Positions 54,050 through 62,182 of a stretch of 64,000 bases of DNA are shown piece after piece. The position numbers and the translations under genes were made by a program. The notes under the pieces were generated by a model. That model did not search any database. It saw only the letters and a list, made by a program, of their open reading frames with translations, and was not told the origin of the DNA. The stretch's first letter is position 1. Each line of letters begins with the position of its first letter. The stretch comes from a virus: the IMG/VR virus record IMGVR_UViG_3300037466_003065, positions 64,001 to 128,000 of that record, one strand, 5' to 3'.

Positions 54050-54759
54050 TAGCGAGCGGCGTGGAATGCGCCGTATGCGATCGCGGCTAGGATCGGGCTC
54101 GTCTTGATGCTTGACTTCGCCAGCAGGCTCTGCTGTACGGGAGTGAGTCGCTCCCAGACGATCTCTCGCAGGGCTGCGGCTTCGTCGTCGGTGAGGGCTT
54201 TGGCCCATTCTTTTACCTCCTGTGATGGCGCCGCTGTCGTAGATCTACTCTCTAATGCTCTATCTCCGGATTTAGATCTATCTCCTTCTAGTAGTGAGGT
54301 TTCGCGTAGGCGGGAATTTCCCATTGATGACTTCTTCTCATCAGCGGGAATTTCCTGTTGGCGGGAAATTCCTTTTGGGTGAGACCGAGGGTACTTCTGA
54401 GCTTCCTGCACAACCCAAGAAGGGTGCCTCTTACCCTTGTAGCCACGAGAGACCTTCTTTAGGATGGTTGACTCCTCCAGCTCGACGAGTGCCCGGTAAA
54501 CTGACGATTGATCAAGCCCGCTGAAACGCATGATGGTTTCTACGCCGGGCCATGCCTGACCTCCTTCTGCCTCATTGGCGAACTTTGCCATTACACCTAA
54601 AACGCCCCGGGCGGCCGGGGTTAAGACTGCCCACCAGCCGGTTTCAAACCAGCTATGGTACATCTTGAACCACCAGCCATCCCGGGGCTTTGCTCGGAAC
54701 TCAAGCTCCTGATCGGTTACGATCGCGTACCGATGGAGTCGCTCTGGATCTTGGGCCAC
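54049..54759 (-). CDS. replication-initiator-like helix-turn-helix protein
   Basis: W.KM...W; AWPGVETIMRFSGLDQSSVYRALVELE (HTH_36-type). Confidence 0.7.
   Translation of the reverse strand: MAQDPERLHRYAIVTDQELEFRAKPRDGWWFKMYHSWFETGWWAVLTPAARGVLGVMAKFANEAEGGQAWPGVETIMRFSGLDQSSVYRALVELEESTILKKVSRGYKGKRHPSWVVQEAQKYPRSHPKGISRQQEIPADEKKSSMGNSRLRETSLLEGDRSKSGDRALESRSTTAAPSQEVKEWAKALTDDEAAALREIVWERLTPVQQSLLAKSSIKTSPILAAIAYGAFHAAR
54241..54372. repeat. iteron-like direct repeats plus A/T-rich tract, putative replication origin
   Basis: GCGGGAATTTCC at 54310-54321 and 54344-54355, GCGGGAAATTCC at 54361-54372; A/T-rich 54241-54300. Confidence 0.6.
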
Positions 54760-54774
54760 ACTGATGCCTCCGTG

Positions 54775-56484
54775 CTAGTCGTCCCGGCGAGACCTCCTCT
54801 GCACGCGGCTGGGCTCCGAGCCGCTGGAGGTACAGGAGGTCTGCGACCTGCCCAGCAGCATAAACGTCTTGCAGGCTTCACGCATCTTCTGAAGATCCCC
54901 CGCCCACTCCGGCGTCTTCGAGAGGGGGGTGAAGGTCTTGGCCTTCTCGATCATCCAGTCGATGTCCAGTCGCTTCGACTTGGTCACCCCGGCCCGCCGC
55001 ACCGCGTCCTCGACGAAGCTGGTCAGCTCGGCGCCGCTGCAGCCATCGGTGATGTTGTCCTCGGCGAGCAGGGCCAGCTTGCTCTCGTCAGACGACGTCA
55101 GGTCGAACCGCTTCTGCCGCACTTTGGTGACCAGGATTTGGTGGCGGATCTCGAAGTCCGGGAGGTCGACGAAGCACACCTCGTTCACGCGGCCCTTGCG
55201 GAGCAGCTCGGGCGGGAAGCCGCCCAGCCGGTTGCCGGTGAACCCGACGATCATCTTGTTGTCGGGCAGGGCGAGCTCGGTCAGCACCATCTGCAGCACC
55301 GACCCGGTGACCTCGTTCCCGGAGTTGCCCTGGGCCGCGTTGTTCAGGCCGGCCTTGTCCAAGTCGTCGAGGATCAGGACGGCGCCCACGGCCTGTGCGA
55401 CCTGCAGGATGCGGCGGGCGTTGTGCTGCGATTCGCCCACCCACTTGCTCTGTGACTCTCCCAGGTTCCAGATCAGGGCCGGCCGCTTCGCCCGCTTACC
55501 CAGCGCGAGGGCGAACTGGGATTTGCCGGTGCCCGGCATGCCCAGCACGGCCAGGCCGGTGACGCCGCTGATCGCGTGCTCCGCGAGCCACGCCTCGTCG
55601 ACGTCGAGGTTCTCGTCGAGGTACTGGTTGAGCGGCTCGTAGCCCGGGAAATCCGACGCGTTCTGGATTTTCTCGGGCGGGATGTAGAGCACGCCGGGGA
55701 GGTCGTTGAACACCCGGCTCTTCTCCGACTGGACGACCTCGAGGAACTCCTCGAGCTTGTCCAGTCGGTACTGGGCGCTGGCGAGGCCGACCGCGTCCTC
55801 GAAGCCTTGGTAAGTGAACCCGCGGCCCATCCGGACGATCGCCCGCCGCTGCTCGGCGTTGGGCTTGGGCTCGACGTCGACGTTGTCCAGGGCTTCGCCC
55901 AGCGTCTCGTCGTCCGGGAGGGGAACGAGCTCGGGCTTGAGCTCGGGCAGCTCCTTCGGCTTCTCGTCGGTCGGCGTGATCAGGACGATCATCCGCTGGC
56001 CCCGCTGGCCGTCCCGGTAGTACCCCGGCTGGTGCATGTTGGAGTGGACGATGTTCTTGATGAACTGCTGGACGATCACGTCGTCCTTCAGCACGCCGTT
56101 CCAGTCCTTGAGCACGAACACGATGTCGCGCTCGAGGTTCATGCCCTGCGGGATCTCGAACCGGCCGGCCGGCGTGACCGCACGCCCGTTGATGTCGTCC
56201 AGCTCCTTCTGCGAACCCAGCATGATCTGCAGGGCCCGCAGCGGCGACGTAGTGCCGGCGTTCAGGGGCTGGATGGACGGCTTGCCCTTGTAGAAGCCGC
56301 ACATCTTGTCGTGGATCCAGAAGTCGACCTTCTCGGCCTGCTTCGAGATCCGCTCGTTCTGCCGGTCGACGGCCGCCCGCACCGCCTCCTGGCACCGGTA
56401 GGGCTCCTCGGTGACCAGCCAGATGATGCTGTGGCCGGCCTTCCAACGGTTGCGGATCCACTCGGGGAGTTGCTTGACGTTCAT
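54775..56484 (-). CDS. Ycf46-like AAA+ ATPase
   Basis: Degenerate N-terminal AAA (VFVLKDW), Walker A GMPGTGKS, SKWVGESQ, ILDDLDK, PPELLRKGRVNE..FVDLP. Confidence 0.88.
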   Translation of the reverse strand: MNVKQLPEWIRNRWKAGHSIIWLVTEEPYRCQEAVRAAVDRQNERISKQAEKVDFWIHDKMCGFYKGKPSIQPLNAGTTSPLRALQIMLGSQKELDDINGRAVTPAGRFEIPQGMNLERDIVFVLKDWNGVLKDDVIVQQFIKNIVHSNMHQPGYYRDGQRGQRMIVLITPTDEKPKELPELKPELVPLPDDETLGEALDNVDVEPKPNAEQRRAIVRMGRGFTYQGFEDAVGLASAQYRLDKLEEFLEVVQSEKSRVFNDLPGVLYIPPEKIQNASDFPGYEPLNQYLDENLDVDEAWLAEHAISGVTGLAVLGMPGTGKSQFALALGKRAKRPALIWNLGESQSKWVGESQHNARRILQVAQAVGAVLILDDLDKAGLNNAAQGNSGNEVTGSVLQMVLTELALPDNKMIVGFTGNRLGGFPPELLRKGRVNEVCFVDLPDFEIRHQILVTKVRQKRFDLTSSDESKLALLAEDNITDGCSGAELTSFVEDAVRRAGVTKSKRLDIDWMIEKAKTFTPLSKTPEWAGDLQKMREACKTFMLLGRSQTSCTSSGSEPSRVQRRSRRDD

Positions 56485-56509
56485 TGTGATGTCTCCTGAA
56501 GGTTTGGGG

Positions 56510-57565
56510 TCAGTCGATGCGGGAGCTGAGGATCGGGTTGCCACGGCCCAGGTGCTCCATGCCCTGCTCCGTGATCTGGCGGCCGCCGCCGCTGATGGTC
56601 ACGAACCCCTGCCGGATCAGGAAGGGTTCGACGTCGACCGTCAGCGACTCCTTGTCCATGTTCAGCCTCGCGGCGAGCGAGTCCACGCCCATCTTGCCGC
56701 TGTCGCTGTCCGCGAGCGTCTGGAGGTACTCCCGCATCGGGGCGGTCAGGCCCATGCGGTCGATGTCCAGCAGGCCGAGCACGCTCTCGACCATGCCCGC
56801 GTCGATCGATGACTTGTTCGTGCTGACCATCCGGGCCCGCACCCGCTTCAGCAGCGCGATCGCCGTCCGCGGGGTGCCCATCGACCGCTCGGCTATCAGT
56901 CGGATGGCCCGCAGGTCGACCGTCGTGCCCAGCCGCTGGGCGTGCTGCTGGAGGATGAACATCAGGTCGTCGACCGAGTACGGCTGGAACGTGTACTGGA
57001 TCGAGCAGCGGTTGACCGCGGCCTCCGCGACCTTGCGGAGCCTCCCGATGTAGTTGGTCAGCAGGATGATGGTGCACTCGGGCACCCAGATCTTGACCGG
57101 CTTCGACACGCCCGGAAGTTTGGCCTCCATGGTCGGGATGTCGCCGCCGTCCGGCTGCATCACGGTATGGAGAGACTCCCACAACTTCCGGGGGACGGCC
57201 TCGCACTCGTCGAACGCGATGATCGCACGCTGGGCCGCGCGTCGGTCGAGCAGTCGCCCGGTCTTCTTCTCGTAGCCCTCGCGGGGCAGGTACCCGAATA
57301 CCTCGGACAACCGGAGGTCGGTCACCCGCGGGCCCATGAGGACGCGGGCGGGCGGGCCGCCCATCACGCTGGCCAGCACGTGCACGAGTGCCGTCTTACC
57401 CAATCCCGGGGGCCCGTTCAGGATCATGTGGGGAAGGGGTCGCAGCTCCTTGACCGCCGCCACGACCTCGTCCTTGAGCTGGGACACCAGCTTGGGTTGC
57501 CCCCGGTACTCCATCAGGGCCTTCGGCTGCCAGTCCCGTTCGTACTTCACAATCGTATCATTCAC
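56510..57565 (-). CDS. ruvB: Holliday junction branch-migration ATPase RuvB
   Basis: HMILNGPPGLGKT, FDECE, GTPRTA, C-terminal winged helix (MGVDSLA...VEPFLIRQGF...GR). Confidence 0.85.
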   Translation of the reverse strand: MNDTIVKYERDWQPKALMEYRGQPKLVSQLKDEVVAAVKELRPLPHMILNGPPGLGKTALVHVLASVMGGPPARVLMGPRVTDLRLSEVFGYLPREGYEKKTGRLLDRRAAQRAIIAFDECEAVPRKLWESLHTVMQPDGGDIPTMEAKLPGVSKPVKIWVPECTIILLTNYIGRLRKVAEAAVNRCSIQYTFQPYSVDDLMFILQQHAQRLGTTVDLRAIRLIAERSMGTPRTAIALLKRVRARMVSTNKSSIDAGMVESVLGLLDIDRMGLTAPMREYLQTLADSDSGKMGVDSLAARLNMDKESLTVDVEPFLIRQGFVTISGGGRQITEQGMEHLGRGNPILSSRID

Positions 57566-58155
57566 GATGATGCCTCCTGCTGTTGAAGAAGAATGTCTAG
57601 GGTTCGGATGGCCGCACCGCTGTCCTTGCGGAACACGTACTCGGGCAGTTCGTGCAGCCACCGGATCGTCAGCTTGTTCACCTCCTCTTCGACCTCCTCA
57701 GTCGAGTGTAGTTTGTATGGCACGCCGGCCTTCTGGGAGAGGTGGTGGTGGGCCGTCTCGTGCACCACTGTTGACAGGACGGGCGACGGCCCGCCGAGCT
57801 TGTTCAGGTGCACGATGCTCCGATCCATGCCTCGCCAGTGTGTGCGGGTGCGTCGCCTCATTGAGCCGAAGCAGGCCCAGCCCCGGGCCGACTCCGTCTT
57901 GCGTAACGCCTCCTCGTGCGCGACTTCCGGGAACTGGTCGACGACCGCCTCGCGGTGGTCGGCGTACATTACGACGATCGGCCAGTAGTTCAGCAGTCGT
58001 TTCCGGAAACAAAAGAACCGCACCTCACGGCAGATCTCTTGCCAGTGACGTACGGTTTCTTCTGTGATCCCGAGCCGAAGCACGGAAGCCGAGACGAGGG
58101 AGGCGTGTTCCCGGTCACTTACGAGCGGCAACCTTGCGACCTGTCGTCTTATCAT
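57562..58155 (-). CDS. zincin-like metallopeptidase (HExxH)
   Basis: STVVHETAHH...EEEVN; GTGA-coupled to ruvB; start uncertain. Confidence 0.65.
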   Translation of the reverse strand: MIRRQVARLPLVSDREHASLVSASVLRLGITEETVRHWQEICREVRFFCFRKRLLNYWPIVVMYADHREAVVDQFPEVAHEEALRKTESARGWACFGSMRRRTRTHWRGMDRSIVHLNKLGGPSPVLSTVVHETAHHHLSQKAGVPYKLHSTEEVEEEVNKLTIRWLHELPEYVFRKDSGAAIRTLDILLQQQEASS

Positions 58156-58528
58156 CGGTGTTCTCAAATTCGGGGTCGATCCTCGCGCGGACGATGTTCT
58201 TGGCGGCCTCCAACTCCTCCTCGGCCTCGCGAACGCTGCGGTCGAAGTCTTTGCGGGCTTCGACCTTCTTGGCGAGCTCTCGCTCGGCGTCGGCCAGCTT
58301 GGCCCTCAGCGTGTCGATGTGCACCTCGAGCTTGGGGATGCCGAGGTTGTTGACGTGACGCTCCTTCTTGGCCAGGCGAACCGCCTCCTGTGCGGCGAGC
58401 AGGCCCCGGTCGGTACGCATCAGCTCGGCCAGCCTGGTCTCCCGGGCCTTCGTTCGGGCCTGGTCGAGGGCGGCCTGGGCGGCGAGAACCGACTTGTCCT
58501 GGGTGATGCGAGTCGTGGTGGCGGGCAT
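58115..58528 (-). CDS. coiled-coil hypothetical protein
   Basis: GAGG RBS; first gene after the promoter at 58572-58600. Confidence 0.7.
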   Translation of the reverse strand: MPATTTRITQDKSVLAAQAALDQARTKARETRLAELMRTDRGLLAAQEAVRLAKKERHVNNLGIPKLEVHIDTLRAKLADAERELAKKVEARKDFDRSVREAEEELEAAKNIVRARIDPEFENTDDKTTGRKVAARK

Positions 58529-58571
58529 TGATGTCCTCTGCTTTCGTGTCGGATCCCCGTGATGTCCGGGG

Positions 58572-58600
58572 ACTATAAACAAGCGGGTTTCCCTTGACAA
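58572..58600 (-). promoter_or_regulatory. sigma70-type early promoter
   Basis: Minus strand TTGTCA-N17-TATAGT within an A/T-rich ~220-bp intergenic region. Confidence 0.75.
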
Positions 58601-58753
58601 CATTAAATCCCAAAGATTACCGATCGTTTTGTGCCGTATCGCATACCGGTGATCCCCTTCAGATCACAATGGATCCCCTATTTTACTGGTTGCTTTCACC
58701 TATTTTGCGTCACCCTCACAGACCTCACCCCACAGATGAGAGAATGGTGAAGA

Positions 58754-59110
58754 TCAAAGCGACTCCAGCGACTCGGCGACGGTCACCAGGTCGTCGACGC
58801 TGAAGTGGTCGACGCTGGCGTCCGTCGAGCCGCCATCGGCGCACACGACGAAGAGCGTCAGGTGGCCTTGGTTGCTGCAGGTGATCATCTGCAGCTCCGC
58901 GATCGCCGTCGAGTTGTGCTCGTCTTCGTAGGGGTAAGAGGCGGCGATGCCCCTTTCGCAAAGGTCGATCGAGTGGACAGACCCGGCACCGCCGCCCGGC
59001 TGGGGCAGCGGGCCCACGCCCTTCTTGAGCACCAAGTCGCGAAGCAGCTTCACGACCTTTGCCCGTGTTCCCTCGAGCTGGTTTTTAATCTCTGTCAGTT
59101 TCATGCTCAT
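58754..59110 (-). CDS. hypothetical protein
   Basis: CAGGA RBS, 118 aa. Confidence 0.65.
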   Translation of the reverse strand: MSMKLTEIKNQLEGTRAKVVKLLRDLVLKKGVGPLPQPGGGAGSVHSIDLCERGIAASYPYEDEHNSTAIAELQMITCSNQGHLTLFVVCADGGSTDASVDHFSVDDLVTVAESLESL

Positions 59111-59136
59111 GGCGTTTCCTGTTCGTGTAAGAGAAG

Positions 59137-59168
59137 GGGGCCTCCGGGATGTCGTCCCCGGAGGCCCC
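59137..59168 (-). terminator. terminator-like hairpin
   Basis: 12-bp stem GGGGCCTCCGGG/CCCGGAGGCCCC then CTTCTCTT. Confidence 0.7.
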
Positions 59169-59207
59169 GATGCGTTGGCGGGCCCTTTCCGGCTCACCGT
59201 TGCCCGT

Positions 59208-59546
59208 TTAAGTGGCGCCCCTCTTGATCCGCCCGGTTCGCGGCCCGGTGTCCACGCCGGCCTGAACCGAAACCGCCTTTTGGAAGGCGACCTCGTGGGG
59301 CAGGGTGTACTCGTCGGAGCGGCCCTTGAGGCGGTAGATGACCGCCAGTGGGGTCACCTTGGAGATCTCGATCTCCCGGGTACCCCTTTCGAAGGTGGTA
59401 CAGGCGGTCTGGAACGGGCCGATCGAGCCCTTGATCTTCTTGGCTCTTGCCCGCTTGGGCTTCTCAGCTCCGGCGCCGCACTCGGGGCAAGGCGTGATGA
59501 GTCCCGGGTTGTTGTGCCACGGATGAGGACACGGTTCTTTTGCCAC
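59208..59546 (-). CDS. hypothetical basic protein
   Basis: GGAGGCATC + GTG; CPHPWH...CPEC. Confidence 0.7.
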   Translation of the reverse strand: MAKEPCPHPWHNNPGLITPCPECGAGAEKPKRARAKKIKGSIGPFQTACTTFERGTREIEISKVTPLAVIYRLKGRSDEYTLPHEVAFQKAVSVQAGVDTGPRTGRIKRGAT

Positions 59547-59754
59547 GATGCCTCCGGTTGAAGGGTAGGGACAACTGGTTCGGGTCGGGCTTGGGCGCCC
59601 GCGAGGGGCCGGCCGACCCGTGATTACTGCGAACGATGGTCTCGGTTGCGATGTCCCCCAAAACGATTGCGGCCAGCGGCACCTCGAAGAGTGCCTGCTG
59701 GCCGGGAACGTCGGAGCGGGGTCGCTCGACGGTCACAATCTGTAGCTTCATCAC
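59464..59754 (-). CDS. small hypothetical protein
   Basis: AAGGAGGCATC RBS; QLSLPF motif; 3' tail overlaps the next gene. Confidence 0.45.
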   Translation of the reverse strand: MMKLQIVTVERPRSDVPGQQALFEVPLAAIVLGDIATETIVRSNHGSAGPSRAPKPDPNQLSLPFNRRHRGKRTVSSSVAQQPGTHHALPRVRRRS

Positions 59755-60254
59755 GATGCCTCCTTGGTACGAACCTTGGCCTTGCCGGTCAGAATCAGTG
59801 TCTGCTTGGTTTCAAGGAGCAGTGCCTCCTTTCTTGTCATCTTGGGCCACTTGACGCCTCGCCACCTGGCGTACACGTTGAGCCAGCGGTACTGGTGGTA
59901 GGCGAACTTGTGCCACGGCGTACGCATCAGGTCGAACATTTGCGAGTCGACCGCGTCGGCCGCGTGCTCCGAAAGTCGACTGCCGACGTTCAGGCACTTG
60001 GCCACCTGGGCGGCCTTGTGGGTAATGGCGCCACGCTGGAGCATCGACAGAATATTGGCGAGGTGGGTGTCACTAAGATCCTTGAAGCGGATCCGCTGCT
60101 TATCCTTCGTCACCCAGACCATGTCCTCGACAAAGAACCTGCCGTTACCGGCAAGGCTTCCGTCGCAGGCGCCGCACGGGCCGGCGCCGGGGTCGTGGAT
60201 GTCCATGGCCCCGCTGCCACCGCAGAGCGAGCAGGGATACGTCGGCTTCTTCAT
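59751..60254 (-). CDS. hypothetical protein with N-terminal CxxCxGxG zinc ribbon
   Basis: CSLCGGSG...CGACDG. Confidence 0.7.
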   Translation of the reverse strand: MKKPTYPCSLCGGSGAMDIHDPGAGPCGACDGSLAGNGRFFVEDMVWVTKDKQRIRFKDLSDTHLANILSMLQRGAITHKAAQVAKCLNVGSRLSEHAADAVDSQMFDLMRTPWHKFAYHQYRWLNVYARWRGVKWPKMTRKEALLLETKQTLILTGKAKVRTKEAS

Positions 60255-60276
60255 GTGATGCCTCCCAAAAGGAGTG

Positions 60277-60312
60277 GGGCCGGGAACGTGGTTGGGTTCA
60301 CGTTCCCGGCCC
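60277..60312 (-). terminator. terminator-like hairpin before an RBS
   Basis: 14-bp stem GGGCCGGGAACGTG/CACGTTCCCGGCCC then CACTCCTTTTGGGAGG. Confidence 0.75.
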
Positions 60313-60330
60313 CGGGCTAAGAAACACTCG

Positions 60331-60903
60331 CTACTGGTGCATGTTCATGAGCCGGAACCGGCTCTCGAACCCGTGCACCCGCATGATAACCGCGGGGAGC
60401 TGGGTGTCCAACTCCCATTCGAAGCCCGCCGTGTTCGTCTCCTGGCCGAGCACGAACTGGGTCGAGTGGTGGATCCACCGGTAAATCGAGTGCCACCCGG
60501 TCGGGCACAGGATTTTCAGGTGCCGCATCTCCCCATGCCAGTGGTCGCGGAGCTGGGCGACGCAGTCGTCGAGGCTGACGACCTCCTTGGGGATGTACTC
60601 GTCGCCCGCGTCGGTCAGCGTGTCGATCGCGGTCAGGGCCTCCAGACCCGAGTCGAGCGGCACGGCACGGCCGAGGAACAGGGGCATGAACTGCACCGGG
60701 AAGCCGCCGCCCGACTTGAAGAGCTCGTCGACCTGGTCGGGGGTGATCTTGTCCGGGTTCTTGGGGATGTACTGGATCAGGCCCCGCGGCACCAGCTTGG
60801 CCGGCGAGATCTGGAGGCCGTTCATCCGCTCGTACGCCCATAGGTGGCCGGGCAGGGCGGCCTGCACGACCCGGTACTTCTCGATCAGTTGGTCATTCGT
60901 CAT
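60331..60903 (-). CDS. hypothetical protein
   Basis: 190 aa from MTNDQLIEKY, overlapping the upstream stop. Confidence 0.65.
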   Translation of the reverse strand: MTNDQLIEKYRVVQAALPGHLWAYERMNGLQISPAKLVPRGLIQYIPKNPDKITPDQVDELFKSGGGFPVQFMPLFLGRAVPLDSGLEALTAIDTLTDAGDEYIPKEVVSLDDCVAQLRDHWHGEMRHLKILCPTGWHSIYRWIHHSTQFVLGQETNTAGFEWELDTQLPAVIMRVHGFESRFRLMNMHQ

Positions 60904-61846
60904 CGTCGTCATCCTCGAAGTCAAAGTCATCATCGTCGTCCCAAGAGTCGTCGGACTCGGAGTCGGGCAGGGCCCCAGCTTCCTCGTCGAACTCTTCGAG
61001 GCTGTCGCCGAACGACCACTCCTTGGGCTCGGGCCCCTTGGTAAAGCCCTTCTCGGCGACGAGCCATGCGGCGAACTTGCACGCGCGGTCGACGCGACTG
61101 GTGAACATCGCGCTGCCCGGCCCCCTGAGCCACTCGAGATTGAGCTCGCGGAGGTCGACGTTCTCCGGGCCGTACAGCAGGTCGACCTGGACGCGGTCGC
61201 CATCCTCGCCGTCGTCGATCGCGTAAAGCGTGGAGTTGGCCGGCGGCTTTGGCGGCGTGTACCGGAGCAGTTTCCAGTGCGGCCCCGGCTGCTCCTGCAG
61301 CTTCCACGGCTTGGCGGGGCGGCCGGCGGCGAGCCACGCGTTGACCTCGATCTGGACGGCGTTCAGGATCGTGCACGCGTCATCGAGGCCGACCCACTCG
61401 ATCAGTTTCTCGGCGCCACCGAGCACGTTGGCGTCCACAAAGTCGTGGAGCTGGGAGAACGAGGCGACGTGCGGCGGCACGACCTGCTTCTCGATCAGGG
61501 CGAGAATCTCGTACTTGGTGTCGATGACCAACCGCGACTTTCGGAAGCAGAAGATCGCCTCGGCCACGTCGTCGGTCGCCAGGATGTTGCCCTCCTGGGA
61601 CTTGTACCCGGTGAAGCTGACGTGGTACCGGGGCGTCGGCGACATCTCACGGAGCTCGGGGTTCGGATGGTCGCTCCAGAGGCGGAGGCAGACGTCCTCG
61701 CCGAGGTGGGTGCAGCCCACGCCGAAGCTGGGGCAGACGTCGTTGTGCCAGCTCATGTCGTCGACGCCGTCCAGCTTCGGGTCAGTCAGTTTGAGGATCT
61801 CGGGCGGCGGGGCCCACTCCCCGCTGAACTCGCTCGCGTAACTCAT
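60893..61846 (-). CDS. hypothetical protein with acidic tail
   Basis: CAGGAGACATC RBS, 317 aa. Confidence 0.75.
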   Translation of the reverse strand: MSYASEFSGEWAPPPEILKLTDPKLDGVDDMSWHNDVCPSFGVGCTHLGEDVCLRLWSDHPNPELREMSPTPRYHVSFTGYKSQEGNILATDDVAEAIFCFRKSRLVIDTKYEILALIEKQVVPPHVASFSQLHDFVDANVLGGAEKLIEWVGLDDACTILNAVQIEVNAWLAAGRPAKPWKLQEQPGPHWKLLRYTPPKPPANSTLYAIDDGEDGDRVQVDLLYGPENVDLRELNLEWLRGPGSAMFTSRVDRACKFAAWLVAEKGFTKGPEPKEWSFGDSLEEFDEEAGALPDSESDDSWDDDDDFDFEDDDDDE

Positions 61847-61865
61847 GATGTCTCCTGAAAGGGAA

Positions 61866-61899
61866 GATGGCCTCGTGGTGGGGTCACCACAAGGCCATC
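61866..61899 (-). terminator. long hairpin before an RBS
   Basis: Minus strand GATGGCCTTGTGGTG...CACCACGAGGCCATC then TTCCCTTTCAGGAG. Confidence 0.7.
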
Positions 61900-61939
61900 G
61901 TGATTAGAACCGTCAACCAGAAAATCCGCCAGCCGTCGC

Positions 61940-62092
61940 TCAGACTCCCTCGGGGATTACGCCCCACACGGGCACCCTCCTCTCATGGTGAGCCTCCACA
62001 CATTCCAGGAACTCGCCGATCACCTTTCCGTTCCGGCTGATCGTGCAACAGACCCATGCCGCGTTCATCTGCTCGCGATGCAGTTGGTACAT
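61940..62092 (-). CDS. 50-aa hypothetical protein missing from the ORF track
   Basis: CCCTTCAGGAGGCATC-ATG; MYQLHREQMNAAWVCCTISRNGKVIGEFLECVEAHHERRVPVWGVIPEGV. Confidence 0.55.
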   Translation of the reverse strand: MYQLHREQMNAAWVCCTISRNGKVIGEFLECVEAHHERRVPVWGVIPEGV

Positions 62093-62182
62093 GATGCCTC
62101 CTGAAGGGGTGAGGGGATTGAACCATTCTTCGGCTTGAAGTCAATGGGATTACATGGGGAATTTCCGGAACATGACCCGGTG

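Noticed and set aside
58594-58625. Plus-strand promoter from TTGACA at 58594
   Set aside because: No adequate -10 at 16-18 bp and no plus-strand gene downstream; the minus-strand promoter explains the site.
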